This document shows positions 46,801 to 54,475 of a stretch of DNA of 64,000 nt, in pieces. Within the stretch, counting starts at the first letter, position 1. Every line of letters starts with the position of its first letter. The notes beneath the pieces were generated by a model that saw only the letters and a list, made by a program, of their open reading frames with translations, searched no databases and had not been told where the DNA came from. Source of the stretch: a virus (taxonomy: Duplodnaviria > Caudoviricetes). The translations under genes were made by a program, and so were the position numbers. The DNA is taken from positions 975 through 64,974 of IMG/VR virus record IMGVR_UViG_3300036790_000196. One strand, written 5' to 3'.

Positions 46801-48407
46801 CCCTGCTGCGTCTGCGCCCAGCGGTCCACGAGGGGCCCGGGGGCCGGCGGAGGGCTGGGCGTTCCTGTCTGCGTTGGAGGCGGGGCGGCAGGAGTGCCCG
46901 GCGCGGGAGCAGGGCTGGAACCGGGGGCGGGCGGCGCTCCACCTGCTGCGGGACCGGCCGGCGGAGGCTCTCCGGGCGGGGGCGTTCCGGGAAGTGCGGG
47001 GGCAACCGGCGGGTTCGCCTGCCGCTGCTGCGCACGCTGCGCGGACATGGCGACACCGGAGGCGGCGCCGCTTGCGTGGTTCGCCTGCGCTATCTGAAGT
47101 TGCTGGAGAATCGGGTCCTTCGCGGGGTCGCCGCCTGCGTTCGTGATCGCCGCCGCTCGCTGGTCGATCGCGTGCTGATAGGCCCCGTGCCTGAAAAGGT
47201 CCTGATAGATGGCGTACTGGAGCTTGGCCTCGGCGTTCGTCTCATAGAGATGGCCGCCCTTCTTCAGCGACGCCGTGAGCGCCTGCCTCTCATTCTCGAT
47301 GGCTGCCTGCTGCCTTTGCAGCATGGTAAGCTGCGCCTGCGCTTTATCGGCCTTGGCTGACGGGATCGCGCCGATGCTGGTTCCGAGGATGCCGTTGTCC
47401 GTCTCGTTGAGATTCGGGTCGGCCTCGGCTGCCATCTTCGCCGTCGAAAGCTGGTCGCTCTGGCTTTGCAGGTCGGTGAGGCGTTGGTTCGCCTGCTCCT
47501 TGGCGTCCTCCGTCTTGCCCACGACCACGGCCATGCCGGAAAGCGCCTCGTTCCACTGGTTCTTGTGGACGTTCTTAAGCGTCTCCCTGGCGGCCTTCGC
47601 CGTCTGGTAGTCGGGGCTCTTGGCCAAATCCGCCGCGTCGCCCGCGGTATGCGTGGTTCCGTCCGATGTGGTGTAATAGAGATTCGTGTCGTTGGCATCA
47701 CCCGAGGAAAACAGCTTATATCCCCTGAACTGGCGCTGGCCGTACTGATCCCTTGACTCTTGCGCAGGCTTTCCGGTCTTGGGGTCCACGCTATCAGACC
47801 ACGGCGTCTTGTCGTAGAGGGGCCGTCCCGTTCCGGGCTCGAGCACCGGCTGGATGTTGCCCTCGGGGTCGCGGAAGAACTTCTGTCCGTTCGCCCGCAT
47901 GTCGTTTTCCCTCTGCGTCGCCGTCGCCACGCGCTGCTGCCTCTGCTGGAGGGCCTGCTGCCTCTCGGCTATCTGCGCCTGCCTCTGGGCAAGCGCGTCC
48001 TTCTGGTCCTGCGCCCGCTCCGCTGCGGCGTACCAGCTCTGCGGCGTGTCGGGCAGGTCGAAGCTGGTCTTGAACGGGTTGGCCTTGAAGAAGGCGTCGC
48101 TAAACTGCTTGTCCGCCGCGCCGTAGGCTTCCTTGTAGTGGTCCTCCGGCGATTGGACCTGCGGCGTGTCCGGTGTTCCGGGAGGGGGGAGTGGGCCGCC
48201 TGTGTAGTCTTTGGAGGGCTTCCCGTAGCCCGCTGCGGCGAAGCTCGCGTCGATGTCGGCCTGCGAACTGCCGGGGGCCTGCTGCGGACCTACCGGGACG
48301 CCGCCGCGAGGGGCCTGCGGCGCCTGCTGTGCGTCCTGCTCCTCGGGCTCCGCGACCGCTGCGGAAGCGCGCGCGTCGTTGTCGGGGTCGTCAGCCGGAT
48401 CAGCCAT
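40824..48407 (-). CDS. Giant internal virion / DNA-ejection protein with ParB-like domain
   Basis: 2527 aa, Ala-rich helical; LKPTQ...ILVSKDGYIVDGHHQW; C-terminal PF.KVP.N...Q..DP..RE...PF....LP...D..G. Confidence 0.8.
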   Translation of the reverse strand: MADPADDPDNDARASAAVAEPEEQDAQQAPQAPRGGVPVGPQQAPGSSQADIDASFAAAGYGKPSKDYTGGPLPPPGTPDTPQVQSPEDHYKEAYGAADKQFSDAFFKANPFKTSFDLPDTPQSWYAAAERAQDQKDALAQRQAQIAERQQALQQRQQRVATATQRENDMRANGQKFFRDPEGNIQPVLEPGTGRPLYDKTPWSDSVDPKTGKPAQESRDQYGQRQFRGYKLFSSGDANDTNLYYTTSDGTTHTAGDAADLAKSPDYQTAKAARETLKNVHKNQWNEALSGMAVVVGKTEDAKEQANQRLTDLQSQSDQLSTAKMAAEADPNLNETDNGILGTSIGAIPSAKADKAQAQLTMLQRQQAAIENERQALTASLKKGGHLYETNAEAKLQYAIYQDLFRHGAYQHAIDQRAAAITNAGGDPAKDPILQQLQIAQANHASGAASGVAMSAQRAQQRQANPPVAPALPGTPPPGEPPPAGPAAGGAPPAPGSSPAPAPGTPAAPPPTQTGTPSPPPAPGPLVDRWAQTQQGRRPGTLLEALMQANAKTPSPKPLIGSESAGTTGALYTIPKAHGTGAVPGIANAASEFAAGLTSPANVALMAATGGAGIVGDLAAGTRLAMVAKGAQVGALAGFTAEGAHDTLKQTQAAYAALHDPKATRADKAKAIAGAILSAAMTAAAAHGTKGLAKGEPHAGPVEAPEAPAEAPPATEPAPQPAAPPPKGPPPKEAPPGTAEPEAHAPQMEDDLRAEILKEGMKPAEATKPAEAAKPAAAAKGSLPPDAKVTYLGKKEPVLKGVGQPEDHWQVTLPGEPRGVTVTRSELEKQGIDVSKLPTDEAAKQGEPTNAQETVQRPSESGDNARGAAPQGEPKNPQAVRQADSGGAAAVEAEPPRGNVAPQPDEGAPREGGVSPERGGAPREDVPNAPADARGAERPAEPAGAGAPAGGDSGAVGEGLTPAKGEPTWQKFPASEKSLDVPRGEMPQVKSEDRPALVESLKEKGIASKNRMMKVADLKPTQAEFSPEKVQAAREHKGSDRKILVSKDGYIVDGHHQWMADKTDGVDNIPVTQLDAPVRKLLPEVSAFEKAKTGEGPKETRPAEEQPHAVVEKDGKDTKITPTPHAEAAVSKLATPKQIKAQKAFIGDAITEALKDAPSAPDFEKDLAEAGKAGERAKTLADKDAAQKAFYDKYPATVTIDVPGDGTFRVPKVKEALEAFQKKIDRKFGGAELRPPTIPTKAIPKLTPEELAEHKVEPEVTTPSKTANVAAKAEGSSWGLPKGIDVSSPAVLPFRDVKEGEYHQGALDRISEAESIINAKRKKDGESPITLSPKEIGSGGSGGVRDRGELPGPGLPAAGVTTPEKGVVSGSKAEAWADSVIKDIGKKARNLGLGTPQEYAAIAVKGVAIAERGVRDFAKWSAEMVKEFGDKIRPHLQDLHDAIMKHAPEEAAQAQKPEKAPGKGNYYRSLPDTERTANEDIVRQVYQRRGQQPDLDSAQAIIDAKGPDEALRLSTSKADNGVPEPVKTAIYVKLAQAADQKFFDAKTPAEKAAALRARQALSTVKAPQATEVGQGISMFQQIGKSERGHAVDQHLSDVSEAQERKLGNDGKKALDEASDAVEKAKEDAIDKASDEMRKSLRKLKVGKSAWQKYREDAAAQMIKLVDSSAEPPKEQAPLKEFADRIIAEMKGRFKGLLPERPEGKPPPTAMEVMKEAMDNRERYGQVLTTVRDEMAKKYGEGSPPVDLVDTQLSNLELRPWSDRLLTKAIKTAHDAMGDKAADIARQHITKTDIKAGDIADALVKDAGISGADATRLASDLTDRAKEIYAQEREKALERLKEKFTNSTRAKQVFSAVQKAKTLSNLGAMTRADVHDAVVQELHLPQATPEQVQKIGDLADSVERAPDVASRARATLDLATELHKARDPGTLSKAIRTGTSLWYANMLSGLTVPVKALGDITNGIGQMGAAITANPAKAPELLKGWLSGVPEGLERAASVMKSGRGSIDFDAAKGGDVTAKSPDPRRMSDLEDLTGKAAVYPGVMKYVPRTFRALEAMFAVPAREAYARLAATKLLEGDYSGKDLDSKVKETLGITREQFDGFKEQAEGEGFKGADAGLRVAQLMQEHRLSSPEGAAAAASADRFSRESVYANEPTGLMGVMYRWIKDGVDNRVKVAGVPILKPFLPFMKVPTNLLNESVNWAGYGAKRALAGTRDAEGVHSMPDADERNRLLVKAAAGSLLMGVTLHAALSKKKGDDTGFDITGNGPVDMAHRVELQQQGKRPHSFRVDGRWFNSMYTPLAVPMAIVGNVADALRYEKTPDQLLLGNKVADAVAGIGKSFVDTPMLEGLSNLAEIASGKTGAAKMGRFLAATGSSTVVPSAVRQIDQALDPREREASSMKDIAKAQVPFLRRTLPVRTDALGDAVTYSPEQRIASAQKADPLRKALSDRNIAPSEPERQTKLGNRTMTDKEFNFYKTVSGRLIKARLDALRPGFYGKTDAAVQNEVRRVEETERKKVREQIGRMAGVH

Positions 48408-48454
48408 GGCAGAAGCGCCTATGGCCCAAGGGCCTCAAAGTCAAATTCCTACCG

Positions 48455-48697
48455 CTAGACCGTGATCCACGAAAACCCATTCCACCAGACGAGATTAAGG
48501 AGCGAGCCGCCTCCGACGTAGGCGAGCCCCTGCCCTGAGCCCGGGGCGTAGGTGCCGTCGGTGACGAGCGTCGCCTTCAGGTTCCCCCCGGGTTGCGGGA
48601 GCGTCGCCAGCGTGAACCGCTCGATGTACGGGTAGGGATTGCCGGTGACGCCTGCGCTCGGCAAGGTTGCCTGAACCTCGATTCTTAGTTTGGCCAT
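48455..48697 (-). CDS. Small hypothetical protein
   Basis: MAKLRIEV...; TTGACC-N17-TACAAC upstream. Confidence 0.6.
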   Translation of the reverse strand: MAKLRIEVQATLPSAGVTGNPYPYIERFTLATLPQPGGNLKATLVTDGTYAPGSGQGLAYVGGGSLLNLVWWNGFSWITV

Positions 48698-48749
48698 GGG
48701 AGGAGTGGGTTGAGGCGTTGTAAGCGGGGGCGCCCACGCGGTCAAGTTG

Positions 48750-50588
48750 CTAACTGAACTGCCCCGGCAAGCCCTGCGCGCCGCCGATGATCGGCAGCAG
48801 GTCCGGCGGGATGTACGACATGCCCGCGTTGGGGTTGAAGATGGTCGCGTGCTCGATGAGGAGGAGGCCCAAGGCTAGGCTGAACACACTGTCGTCCTTG
48901 TGGCCCTCGGCGGCTTCGCTTCGGCCATTGGCCTTGCGGATGAAGTTCTCGCACTCTCTGAGCGCAGTTTCGTCCCAGATGCGAACGCCCCCTCCCGGCT
49001 CGTCCCAGTCGCGTATCGCCGCCGCAAGGCACTCGATGGCCCGTTCGCGGCTCTTTTCCATCGTCAGGTAGCCGTAAGCCTTGGTGGTCTTGAACTCGGT
49101 CTGGTTGAAGACCTCCCTCATGTAGAGATCGGCCCCGCGCTGCTTCAGGAGCTCCGTCAGCCCCCGGTCCTGATTCATCTCGACCACGATCTTGCAGCCG
49201 GAACTGTCCCCGTAGTGCCGCGCCAGCCGCCAGATGGTCTCCTCTAGAACGTCGATGTCCCACCGGCAGGGGACGACGCGCGCCACCGCGGCAGGCGGGT
49301 TCCACTTGCCGGTCCCGTCCTGAAAGCCCCCCTGCATGACGAAGACGCCGTGGAAGTCGGGGTCCTTGCCGCTCGCCTGCATGGCCCCCGTCATGGGATC
49401 AACGGACAGGATATACCGGCGCATCGGCATCGGCCGCTCAAAGAGGATCACCTTCGCCTCCAAGGGGTCCGTCTGGTGGAAGACGGGCCTTCCCTGCGCC
49501 TCCTGGAGCGTGCCGTAGAGCGGCACCCGCTCGTGCATCCGGTCGCGCCGGATACTGAGCCCGCTGCGGCTGAAGCGCATGTTGCCCGACTTCATGAAGG
49601 CGTCCTGCCAAGAGTGCGGGTAGTCGCGGTCGAAGATGAGGCGGTCCTTGCCGCACTCCTTGGCGATGGCGTAGCGCCTCCACGCCAGTTGCTCCCATGC
49701 GTCGAAGTCGGTCACGCTTTCCCCGAGGCGCTGGACGCCGGATTCGTCGATGCGCCCGTAGCGGGAGAGCAGCGTCTTCTCCCCGTCGAAGTCGGGGTCG
49801 CTGTCCAAGGTGGAGCGGACGACCTCCTTCTGGGGCTCGGTGAGGCGCATCGTGGAGTCGCCGAACTCGAACCACGGGCTGAAGACCCGCACGTAGTCGC
49901 CGGGCATGATCTCTTTCGCGCCGGACAGGAAATCCTCGGCGTCGGTCGCCTCGATCCAACGCTCGTGGAAGGACCCACTCGCTCCCTCCGCCGACGATTC
50001 GAGGAAGACGACGCTGTTGGGGATTAGCGGCACGCACTTCAGGATGTTCGCCAAGACCGTCGGCGCGTTGGCGACGCCGTAGCTGGACCAGCGTGCAACC
50101 TCGGTCGCGTGCAGCACCTGGAAGGTGGACGAGATGCCGGCCAATTTGTCGCCCGCCGTCTCGCTCGTCAGCCTGCTTCCATTCGTCCATTCGCCGAAGG
50201 AGTCGTGGATCTTGCCAGAGTTGCCCCAGTTGAACGAGTCGTTGTCGTTGTACGTCTGGAGAATCGACCAGAGGCTGTTCGTCTGGCTGTACTGGCCGCC
50301 GATGACGCAGACGCTGGCCGCGTGGCGCCGCATCCAGTGGTAGTCCTCGGCCCCGAAGTAGGTGGTGCTCCCCTTCTGGCGGGGCTTTAGGCCGATGACG
50401 CGCAGCGGCAGGCCCAGCTCCTCCATGCGCCCAAGGACGCGCCGGATGAGGCGCTGGAGGTGGTTCTGCGTCGGGCTTATGAGCTTCCTGTCCTTGTCCC
50501 AAATCTTCGCGCAGCCGGACTCAAACCAGACGCCGCAGTCCTCGCGGATGGCGTGGTCGATGAGCGCGCGCTCGGCGGTTTTGGTCAT
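48750..50588 (-). CDS. terL: Terminase large subunit
   Basis: LKPRQKGSTT, LHATEVARW, ESSA.G, nuclease SVDP, VVEMN, KDD.V. Confidence 0.93.
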   Translation of the reverse strand: MTKTAERALIDHAIREDCGVWFESGCAKIWDKDRKLISPTQNHLQRLIRRVLGRMEELGLPLRVIGLKPRQKGSTTYFGAEDYHWMRRHAASVCVIGGQYSQTNSLWSILQTYNDNDSFNWGNSGKIHDSFGEWTNGSRLTSETAGDKLAGISSTFQVLHATEVARWSSYGVANAPTVLANILKCVPLIPNSVVFLESSAEGASGSFHERWIEATDAEDFLSGAKEIMPGDYVRVFSPWFEFGDSTMRLTEPQKEVVRSTLDSDPDFDGEKTLLSRYGRIDESGVQRLGESVTDFDAWEQLAWRRYAIAKECGKDRLIFDRDYPHSWQDAFMKSGNMRFSRSGLSIRRDRMHERVPLYGTLQEAQGRPVFHQTDPLEAKVILFERPMPMRRYILSVDPMTGAMQASGKDPDFHGVFVMQGGFQDGTGKWNPPAAVARVVPCRWDIDVLEETIWRLARHYGDSSGCKIVVEMNQDRGLTELLKQRGADLYMREVFNQTEFKTTKAYGYLTMEKSRERAIECLAAAIRDWDEPGGGVRIWDETALRECENFIRKANGRSEAAEGHKDDSVFSLALGLLLIEHATIFNPNAGMSYIPPDLLPIIGGAQGLPGQFS

Positions 50589-51100
50589 TGCGGCGAGACG
50601 ATATATCGCCTCGCAAGCTCGTCAGCGCCTTGCGTGGACTTGAATATCTTCGGCGCTGGCCGCGTCATGGAAAAGCTGCTCGTCGGCTCGAAGCCGAGCT
50701 TCAAATAGAAGCCCGTCGCCTCAAGCGCGTGGAGGACGACGTTGGTGCCCCTGACCTTCGGGTGCCCGAGGACGGCCCGCATCAGGCGCTCGCCCAAGCC
50801 CCGCCCGCGAATGCGCTCGTCGATGACGACATCGAGGATGGCCGAGAACAGTATGCCGTCCGTGACCACGCGGGCGAAGCCGAGCTGCGGCGCGGGAGGG
50901 CCTTCCGGTCCCGGCGTCCATGCGTCCACGGGGTAGAGGCCGAAGCAGAGCGAGTTCTTGAAGGCTTCGATGACGGTCTCGCGGGGCGTATGGAGGTACA
51001 CGCCCTCGATATGCATGGCTTCGAGAATCCAGTCCCACCGCAGGCACTCGGCGTCCGTGCTGATCCATGTGGCGCTGTCGGGGAGGAGGTCAGGCGTCAC
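50585..51100 (-). CDS. GNAT N-acetyltransferase
   Basis: NSLCFGLY, QLGFARVVTD, DVVID...RGRGLG, FY.KLGF; GTG start at 51100. Confidence 0.9.
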   Translation of the reverse strand: MTPDLLPDSATWISTDAECLRWDWILEAMHIEGVYLHTPRETVIEAFKNSLCFGLYPVDAWTPGPEGPPAPQLGFARVVTDGILFSAILDVVIDERIRGRGLGERLMRAVLGHPKVRGTNVVLHALEATGFYLKLGFEPTSSFSMTRPAPKIFKSTQGADELARRYIVSPQ

Positions 51101-51806
51101 GGTAAACCTTTCCAAGTGCGGCGACGATTTCTTTGCGCTTCTCGACCAGCCAGCGTGTCGGCGCCGTAGCCCTGTCCCCGCCGTCCAGCCCCGCCCCAGC
51201 AGGATGCCTCTCCCCTCCGTAGCCGATGTGGTCACAATAGGAGACAGCCGAGATGCAGCACCGGTTGCCTAGGATGGAGGGGACCGTCCAGTCGAAGTGG
51301 TCCAGCGTGTCGATCACCTTCATCACCTTCTCGACGTGCGCGTGCGTGAGGAGGTACGAGATGCCCGGCGCGACCTTCTGCCAGAGGTGGTCCTTCAGCG
51401 GATCGTTCTCCAGCACGTTGCCGACCATCGCCGTGTGGGCCTTGGTGTTGTAGAGGCAGGTGAGCGCCCCGCCGTTCTCCTCCTGAAGCCCGAGCGCCTG
51501 CGCCCTCCAGCCGGGGTCATGGGGGGCATCACTGTCGGTTAGGTATAGGTGGGTGTATGCGTGCCTCTGCTCCCAGAAATTCTGGAAGTGGAGCCGCCGC
51601 TGGTTCTGGATGCCGATCGGCTCGTTGAACTGGCGTATCTGGTCGCCGAACTTGAACAGCCAGTCGTTCGTGAACTCCTTGGACCCGTCGTTCGAGAGCA
51701 CCATGAAATCCTGCGACGCCTTGGTCTCAAAGATGGTCGGCAGACAGAGGGCGGCTATGGGCGCGCGCTCGCGGACGGGAATAGCTATGTATATGCGCGT
51801 CGTCAT
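51090..51806 (-). CDS. GT2-like glycosyltransferase
   Basis: IAIPVRER, NDGS, LYLTDSD, DHIG. Confidence 0.8.
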   Translation of the reverse strand: MTTRIYIAIPVRERAPIAALCLPTIFETKASQDFMVLSNDGSKEFTNDWLFKFGDQIRQFNEPIGIQNQRRLHFQNFWEQRHAYTHLYLTDSDAPHDPGWRAQALGLQEENGGALTCLYNTKAHTAMVGNVLENDPLKDHLWQKVAPGISYLLTHAHVEKVMKVIDTLDHFDWTVPSILGNRCCISAVSYCDHIGYGGERHPAGAGLDGGDRATAPTRWLVEKRKEIVAALGKVYRDA

Positions 51807-52556
51807 TCACCACGTCTTGAACCCGCGATTTATGTACCTCGCGTTCTTCTCCTCGAACAGCCGCTTGCCTGCGGTGTAGCGTTCGGGGGCGTTCTGGTCG
51901 CGGTAGGTGTCGTCCCATGGCACAAGCGCGTTCCCCTTGTCGTCCTTGACGTGGTAATGATGCTGATGCTTGAAGATGAGTTCCTTGGCGCTGATGAGAA
52001 AGCATTCACTGTCGGCGGCCTGCCCATAAGCTCGCACCGAAAATTCGTCGTCACTGAAGACGCTTTGATAAGCGGGGTTCAGGAAGAACCCTTCATGCAG
52101 GAAGTACTCCCGAGAACAGATCGCCGTGCAGAGGAGCCCGTCCTTGCGGTATCCGTCCGAGACCGCGACGACTACCTTTTCGTCGGCCCATTCCACCCCG
52201 AGCCTGCGATCGAGGCGGTCGAGAAGCGCAACGTCCCAGCGTTCGGGCGGCTCAACGTCGTCCTGCGCCTGTATCAGGAGATCGCCGGTCGAGCGTCCCG
52301 CGCCTGCGTTCCATGCCGGGGCGCTGGCGCTGACCATCGCCGTGAAGACGAGGCTTCTCCCAAATTTCGGCGCGGGCTCGGACATGATGCGCTCGCAGTC
52401 CGGGTCGCCCGCGTTCAGGATCATGATGTACTCCACCCGCGACGGGTCCTTGGCTTTCTCGAACCACAATCTTCGGGCCGCGAGTGCCTTCTCGGGGCGG
52501 CCCTTTGTGGCGTGGAGGACGCTGAAAACCGGCTCGAATGTATTCACCGTCGTCAT
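51807..52556 (-). CDS. GT2-like glycosyltransferase
   Basis: SVLHAT.GRP, AWNAGA..STGDLLIQAQDD, Y.SVFSD.EF. Confidence 0.88.
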   Translation of the reverse strand: MTTVNTFEPVFSVLHATKGRPEKALAARRLWFEKAKDPSRVEYIMILNAGDPDCERIMSEPAPKFGRSLVFTAMVSASAPAWNAGAGRSTGDLLIQAQDDVEPPERWDVALLDRLDRRLGVEWADEKVVVAVSDGYRKDGLLCTAICSREYFLHEGFFLNPAYQSVFSDDEFSVRAYGQAADSECFLISAKELIFKHQHHYHVKDDKGNALVPWDDTYRDQNAPERYTAGKRLFEEKNARYINRGFKTW

Positions 52557-53515
52557 GTGTGGTTGGCTACTTCACAGAGTTCATCCTGATCGGTTCTGCC
52601 CCGGTATCCGCCAACAGCGCACGAGCATGGCACGTCCTGCTCGGACTCGTCCACTTGCAGGGATAATTCGGGTTGGTCTGCATCCGCGAGAAACGATGCG
52701 ACGCTCTTGCGACGGTCAAACAGTCCCCCGTCTCCGGTCGTGGTGCGCTGACGAAATTCTTCCCAATTCGCCCACCACATTGCGGCCACCGGATCGGTCT
52801 TGGCTATCGCGGCCCTTTTGAATCGTGCCTTGAGGAAGCAGAAGTCGCAATTTCCTAGCAGATTAGGAATGTTCAGGCGGAATGGTTGAGCCGCCCAAAA
52901 AGCGTCAACTGTGGCCTTGTTTGTTCGCCCATCAACCAGCGGAAAGACGGGTTGCTCGAAATCGTTCGGCCTGATGTTCGCCATTATCTCGTCAACACGG
53001 TGCGCCTCGTCCTGACGGATGCCGATGTATGAATAGAAGTCCCGTATTCCCTGCGAGTAAATGTACCTGTCGCGGGTCCTCGTTTTTAGCTGCACGCTGC
53101 ACATGCGGCTGCGGACGTTGGGCAGAACCGATGCCCACGCGAGCAGTTCGTCGAATGGACTTTGCTCGTCACCCCTGCGGGAAGCCGTGCGGAAGTTGAC
53201 TACCTTCCACCAATGGGCGCGTAACCCTTCTCGCTGCGCCGTTATCAGATTGGTCTGCGTCTTACCTTCCTTGACCAAGGCCGGTGCTATTTCGATGGCG
53301 GGAACGCGGGTGTATTCGAGCCATATTACCGGCACGTCCCATTGTGCCTCGACCTCATGGACGAAATCCAAGGTTGCTTCATGCTCGCGCCCCGTGTTCT
53401 CGAAAATGACCGTGAACCTGTCTCGGAAATCGGGGTGTGCGTTCATCAGGCAATGCAGCATATACCCTGACGTTTGGCCGCCTGAGAAGCTGACGATGTG
53501 ACGCGGTTCACTCAC
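52553..53515 (-). CDS. PAPS-reductase-family (PP-loop) protein
   Basis: VSFSGGQTS, F.NTG.EH, C...LK, IGIR.DE..R, FPL, GNC.FCFLK. Confidence 0.9.
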   Translation of the reverse strand: MSEPRHIVSFSGGQTSGYMLHCLMNAHPDFRDRFTVIFENTGREHEATLDFVHEVEAQWDVPVIWLEYTRVPAIEIAPALVKEGKTQTNLITAQREGLRAHWWKVVNFRTASRRGDEQSPFDELLAWASVLPNVRSRMCSVQLKTRTRDRYIYSQGIRDFYSYIGIRQDEAHRVDEIMANIRPNDFEQPVFPLVDGRTNKATVDAFWAAQPFRLNIPNLLGNCDFCFLKARFKRAAIAKTDPVAAMWWANWEEFRQRTTTGDGGLFDRRKSVASFLADADQPELSLQVDESEQDVPCSCAVGGYRGRTDQDELCEVANHT

Positions 53516-54225
53516 GCGCAATTCTCCATGGCGATGTTCCACGCGTCATCCGGGCAACCGTGAATCATCACCGGCGTCCGGGGATCGTCGCTGAACGGGT
53601 TCTTGAGCATGCGGTCGCGCTTCACGTTGGTTTCCCTCCAGAGGTTGTTTATCAGCGGGGTGGAGGCATAGCGCGAACCAATCTGCGAAGCAAGCGCGCT
53701 GTCCCACCCCGGCGGGTTGTCGTAGGTGGGGCAGAGCTGCACCCTCTGCGCCGTGTCCATCGCCCAGAGCGCGTTGCCGTTCACGTGCGGCACGTCCACG
53801 CCTACGCTTCGGTGGCAGCCGACGACGATCACCTCGGGGTTCGCCAGCTTCGCCGCCTTCCACTCGTTCAGCAGGTCGTCGGCCCACGTGCGCGAGATGA
53901 CGACGCAATCGGGCTCCATGAGGAGGAGGCAGTCCACGTCCTTCCACTCGCGGTGGCGGCGGTAGTTGCACGCACCAAAGAGGTCGAAGGACATGGCGTT
54001 CGGCCCCCCAGGATGCCCGGTGCCGACCGACATGGACTTGCTGTAATATGTGCGGACGTGCTTGTGCTCTGCCGTGCCGATCTCCGACGGCGTGATGCCG
54101 CGGCAGTCGTAGCGCGCCAGCATCCACAGGTGCGACTGGCAGGACGGCTTCGGCAGGAAGTTGGCGAGACGGATGGCCGCAGCGCGGCTTTCGTCGTGAT
54201 AGGGGATAATTGTCAGGAGGGGCAT
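53512..54225 (-). CDS. Putative glycosyltransferase-like protein
   Basis: LLMEPDC, H.NGNA.W, GWD; paralogous to the N-domain of 54472. Confidence 0.65.
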   Translation of the reverse strand: MPLLTIIPYHDESRAAAIRLANFLPKPSCQSHLWMLARYDCRGITPSEIGTAEHKHVRTYYSKSMSVGTGHPGGPNAMSFDLFGACNYRRHREWKDVDCLLLMEPDCVVISRTWADDLLNEWKAAKLANPEVIVVGCHRSVGVDVPHVNGNALWAMDTAQRVQLCPTYDNPPGWDSALASQIGSRYASTPLINNLWRETNVKRDRMLKNPFSDDPRTPVMIHGCPDDAWNIAMENCA

Positions 54226-54226
54226 A

Positions 54227-54475
54227 TTAGGGTTCTATTGTCTTGTCGGTTATCCCTGTGTCCGGTGCCGCGCGGCGGGTCTGCTCATCCACCGTGAGGA
54301 GCCATTCCCGAATCTGCCCGTAGCGCGTGTAGATGGAGCCGCATTGGCGGGCACCCGCGAAGGTCGAGTCCCGCGAGCCCTCGTGCTTCGTGACGAAGAT
54401 ATGCACGGTGTCGAAGTGCTCGGAGAGCTGGTTCACCGCGTTCTGGACGCCGGTCATGTCGGGGTCATCGCTCAT
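54227..54475 (-). CDS. Small conserved phage protein
   Basis: L.EHFD.V.IFVT...G..Y.RYGQ.REWL. Confidence 0.75.
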   Translation of the reverse strand: MSDDPDMTGVQNAVNQLSEHFDTVHIFVTKHEGSRDSTFAGARQCGSIYTRYGQIREWLLTVDEQTRRAAPDTGITDKTIEP

